64,000 bases of DNA from Eledone cirrhosa. Taxonomy: Eukaryota. This document shows positions 60,971 to 64,000 of this stretch, in pieces. The notes beneath the pieces are model-generated. The model did no database searches. It saw only the letters and a list, made by a program, of their open reading frames with translations, and was not told the DNA's origin. The stretch lies in assembly GCA_964016885.1 (NCBI GenBank), contig OZ024743.1:167586001-167650000 (forward strand). The letters run 5' to 3'. Each line of letters opens with the position of its first letter. Positions within the stretch are counted from its first letter, which is position 1. The position numbers and the translations under genes were made by a program.

Positions 60971-61124
60971 TTCATTATTTAACGATCGTTTCTAGGATAT
61001 ATATGTGTTAGAATTGGTATGCATATTCAACAGATCTATGTACAAAATTATACAAAATTATACAAATTATCAAGATTAAATATACATACCAACACATATA
61101 TACGCCGTCTTCAGAAATAATGAA
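60971..61124 (-). ncRNA. Second copy of the long-stem-II hammerhead
   Basis: Appears identical to 53927-54080. Confidence 0.8.
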
Positions 61125-61768
61125 GTATATTTATTGATAATAACAACAATTCAAAATTTCAGGTCCGTTTGGGAACAAAATTGACCAATGAAAACACAAA
61201 GGGTTAAATGCAGTTCGGTGTGTGTATATACATGTAAAACCCTTACACATATTTTACAAAAATGTATGTATAATTTGTATACGCATACTGAAAGGATGGA
61301 TGCAAATACAAAATTTCAAGGTTAATGTCTCTGTAAGTTTATAATGCACAGATAAGATGCGTATTGACACAAGTATGAAGTTAAGTATATAAATATATTT
61401 TTTCATACTCACACATATCCGTACAATCACACATACACGCGCGTATATGCATAAATATACACATAACCACGAACATACAAACACACACACACCCCCACTC
61501 ACATTTATATATGTGGATATAAAATCATAAGCACATGGATATTAATTCACTCACATAAAACACTGGCACACACATTTTTAGAACAAGATACAGAAATTAG
61601 GTGGGAGGGGGGGGGGGGGGGAGAGGTCAGTATTCAACGGTCTGAGCAGACTGCCTAATATAGATGTATCTATAAACTAAGAAAATAAAAAATAATAAAT
61701 AAACATTAAAGAGGAAAGAATAGAAAGAAAAAAGAAAAAAGAAAAAAAGAAAAAAGAAATATATCAAG

Positions 61769-61828
<60 letters not shown>

Positions 61829-62047
61829 CATATACATATATATATATACACACACACATATATATATAATATAATATACATATATATACACATAGACACA
61901 CACACACACATACATAAATATACACACATATACAAACACATACATACATATACACACATCCACACTAAGAACATACATACACACACATATATAAACATAT
62001 ACATATACACACATACATACATATACACATATACATACAAATACACA

Positions 62048-62104
<57 letters not shown>

Positions 62105-62408
62105 GTATATACACGTACATATACACACATATATACATATAATCACACATACTATATAGACACACATATATATAACCACACACATACATGCACATATACA
62201 ACACTTACACACTAATATACATACAGATATACACATACATAGCTATATATACACACAAATATATACAGACTTACATATATACATACAGACAAATACTTAC
62301 GCATCTATATATCGGTATATACATATAAACACCACTACACTATCACACAACTTAGAAATACAAAGAGAAAGGTATATACCTATACACACATACATATACA
62401 AATAGAAA

Positions 62409-62454
<46 letters not shown>

Positions 62455-62480
62455 TACACATATACATATTTATATATAAC

Positions 62481-62511
<31 letters not shown>

Positions 62512-62733
62512 CATATACACATACACACACATACACATACACACACATACATACATGTACACACACATAGAAATATATACGCATACACACATACACACAT
62601 ACATATAAAGTCATACACACACAAACACCTACACGAACATACACATACACATATATAAAGATATATATACACACACACACACACACAACACATACACACA
62701 ATCACATATATATAAAAAAAATAAATAATAAAG

Positions 62734-62800
<67 letters not shown>

Positions 62801-63151
62801 CATATATATATACATACACATACATACACACATACATAGACAAACATGTACATACATACACGTACATCGATATACATACATATATATATACACACATAGA
62901 CATATACATACATACACACACAACTTACATACACACATATATATATACATGTATATTCATACATAGAATTAGATATATAATCATACATACATATGCACTT
63001 ACTTATACTCATATATACAAATACATACGCATCCATATATGCGTATATACATAAAAACGCCACTACAACCTCACCTAACTCAGACATACAAATAAAAATA
63101 AAAAGGCATATGTATATACATATATACACGCATTAATAGAGACATATATAT

Positions 63152-63196
<45 letters not shown>

Positions 63197-63290
63197 CACA
63201 CATACATTCATATATATATATAGATACCCACACACACATACCACCATAAATACACATACAAACACCCACATATACATATATATACACACG

Positions 63291-63322
<32 letters not shown>

Positions 63323-63445
63323 TAAAAAACAGACATGCACATATATATATATATTTTTTTACACTTATATATACACATATTATATACACATACACAACCT
63401 CACATATACACACATACACATAAGTTATATTATAATAATAAAAAA

Positions 63446-63486
<41 letters not shown>

Positions 63487-63573
63487 CATATATATATATA
63501 TATATACATATAGACATATACATACATATATACACACATACGAATATAGACATATAATCACACATAGACACCC

Positions 63574-63608
<35 letters not shown>

Positions 63609-63861
63609 TACATATACACAGACACATATACACACTCACATATATATGTGTGTGCACACACACATATATACACACATGCACATATATACACATAAACACA
63701 TATATGTGCATACATGCACACACACACACATATATCACATAGATACGAAGATAGACATATAAATAGAGAGACATACATATATATACACAACACACATACA
63801 CACACATACAAACACACACATATACATATACATATATATACATATATATATATTTCTATAT

Positions 63862-63894
<33 letters not shown>

Positions 63895-64000
63895 TACATA
63901 TATATACATACACATATACATACACACATTCACATACACATACATATATACATGCATATATACACATATATACATACATACACACACTCATATATACACA

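Larger units (their letters stand above)
53873..64000 (-). mobile_element. Full-length Hydra-like PLE in partial tandem (7044-bp period), with its 3' end in (TA)n
   Basis: 53873-~56925 is repeated at 60917-64000, with an intact ORF between the repeats. Confidence 0.93.

Overview
This is repeat-saturated animal genomic DNA, probably from an octopod cephalopod (inferred from the tRNA-derived SINE type and the very long (TA)n/(CA)n tracts). I found no credible host gene. The window is a nest of retroelements inserted into microsatellites. It holds many Penelope-like elements (PLEs): Hydra-like, Neptune-like and a third lineage, including one apparently intact 820-aa RT + GIY-YIG ORF at 58186-60648. 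It also holds a head-to-tail cluster of Dong/R4-type RLE non-LTR elements in (TAA)n, RTE fragments, SINEs with target-site duplications and Helitron remnants. By eye I found about 20 conventional or variant type-I hammerhead ribozyme (HHR) motifs, some degenerate, in PLE pseudo-LTRs and in small non-coding tandem retrozyme-like repeats. The main finding is a ~102-nt motif present as 6 full copies and 1 partial copy from 4 divergent subfamilies. It contains all three hammerhead core strands, but in an order (UH, then GAAA, then CUGANGA) that matches none of types I, II or III. Six helices show compensatory changes between subfamilies, and a box C/D-type kink-turn lies in the extended stem III. 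This suggests a pseudoknotted 'caged' hammerhead carried by non-coding (TA)n-targeting mobile elements. All RNA structures were derived by hand and none has been tested.
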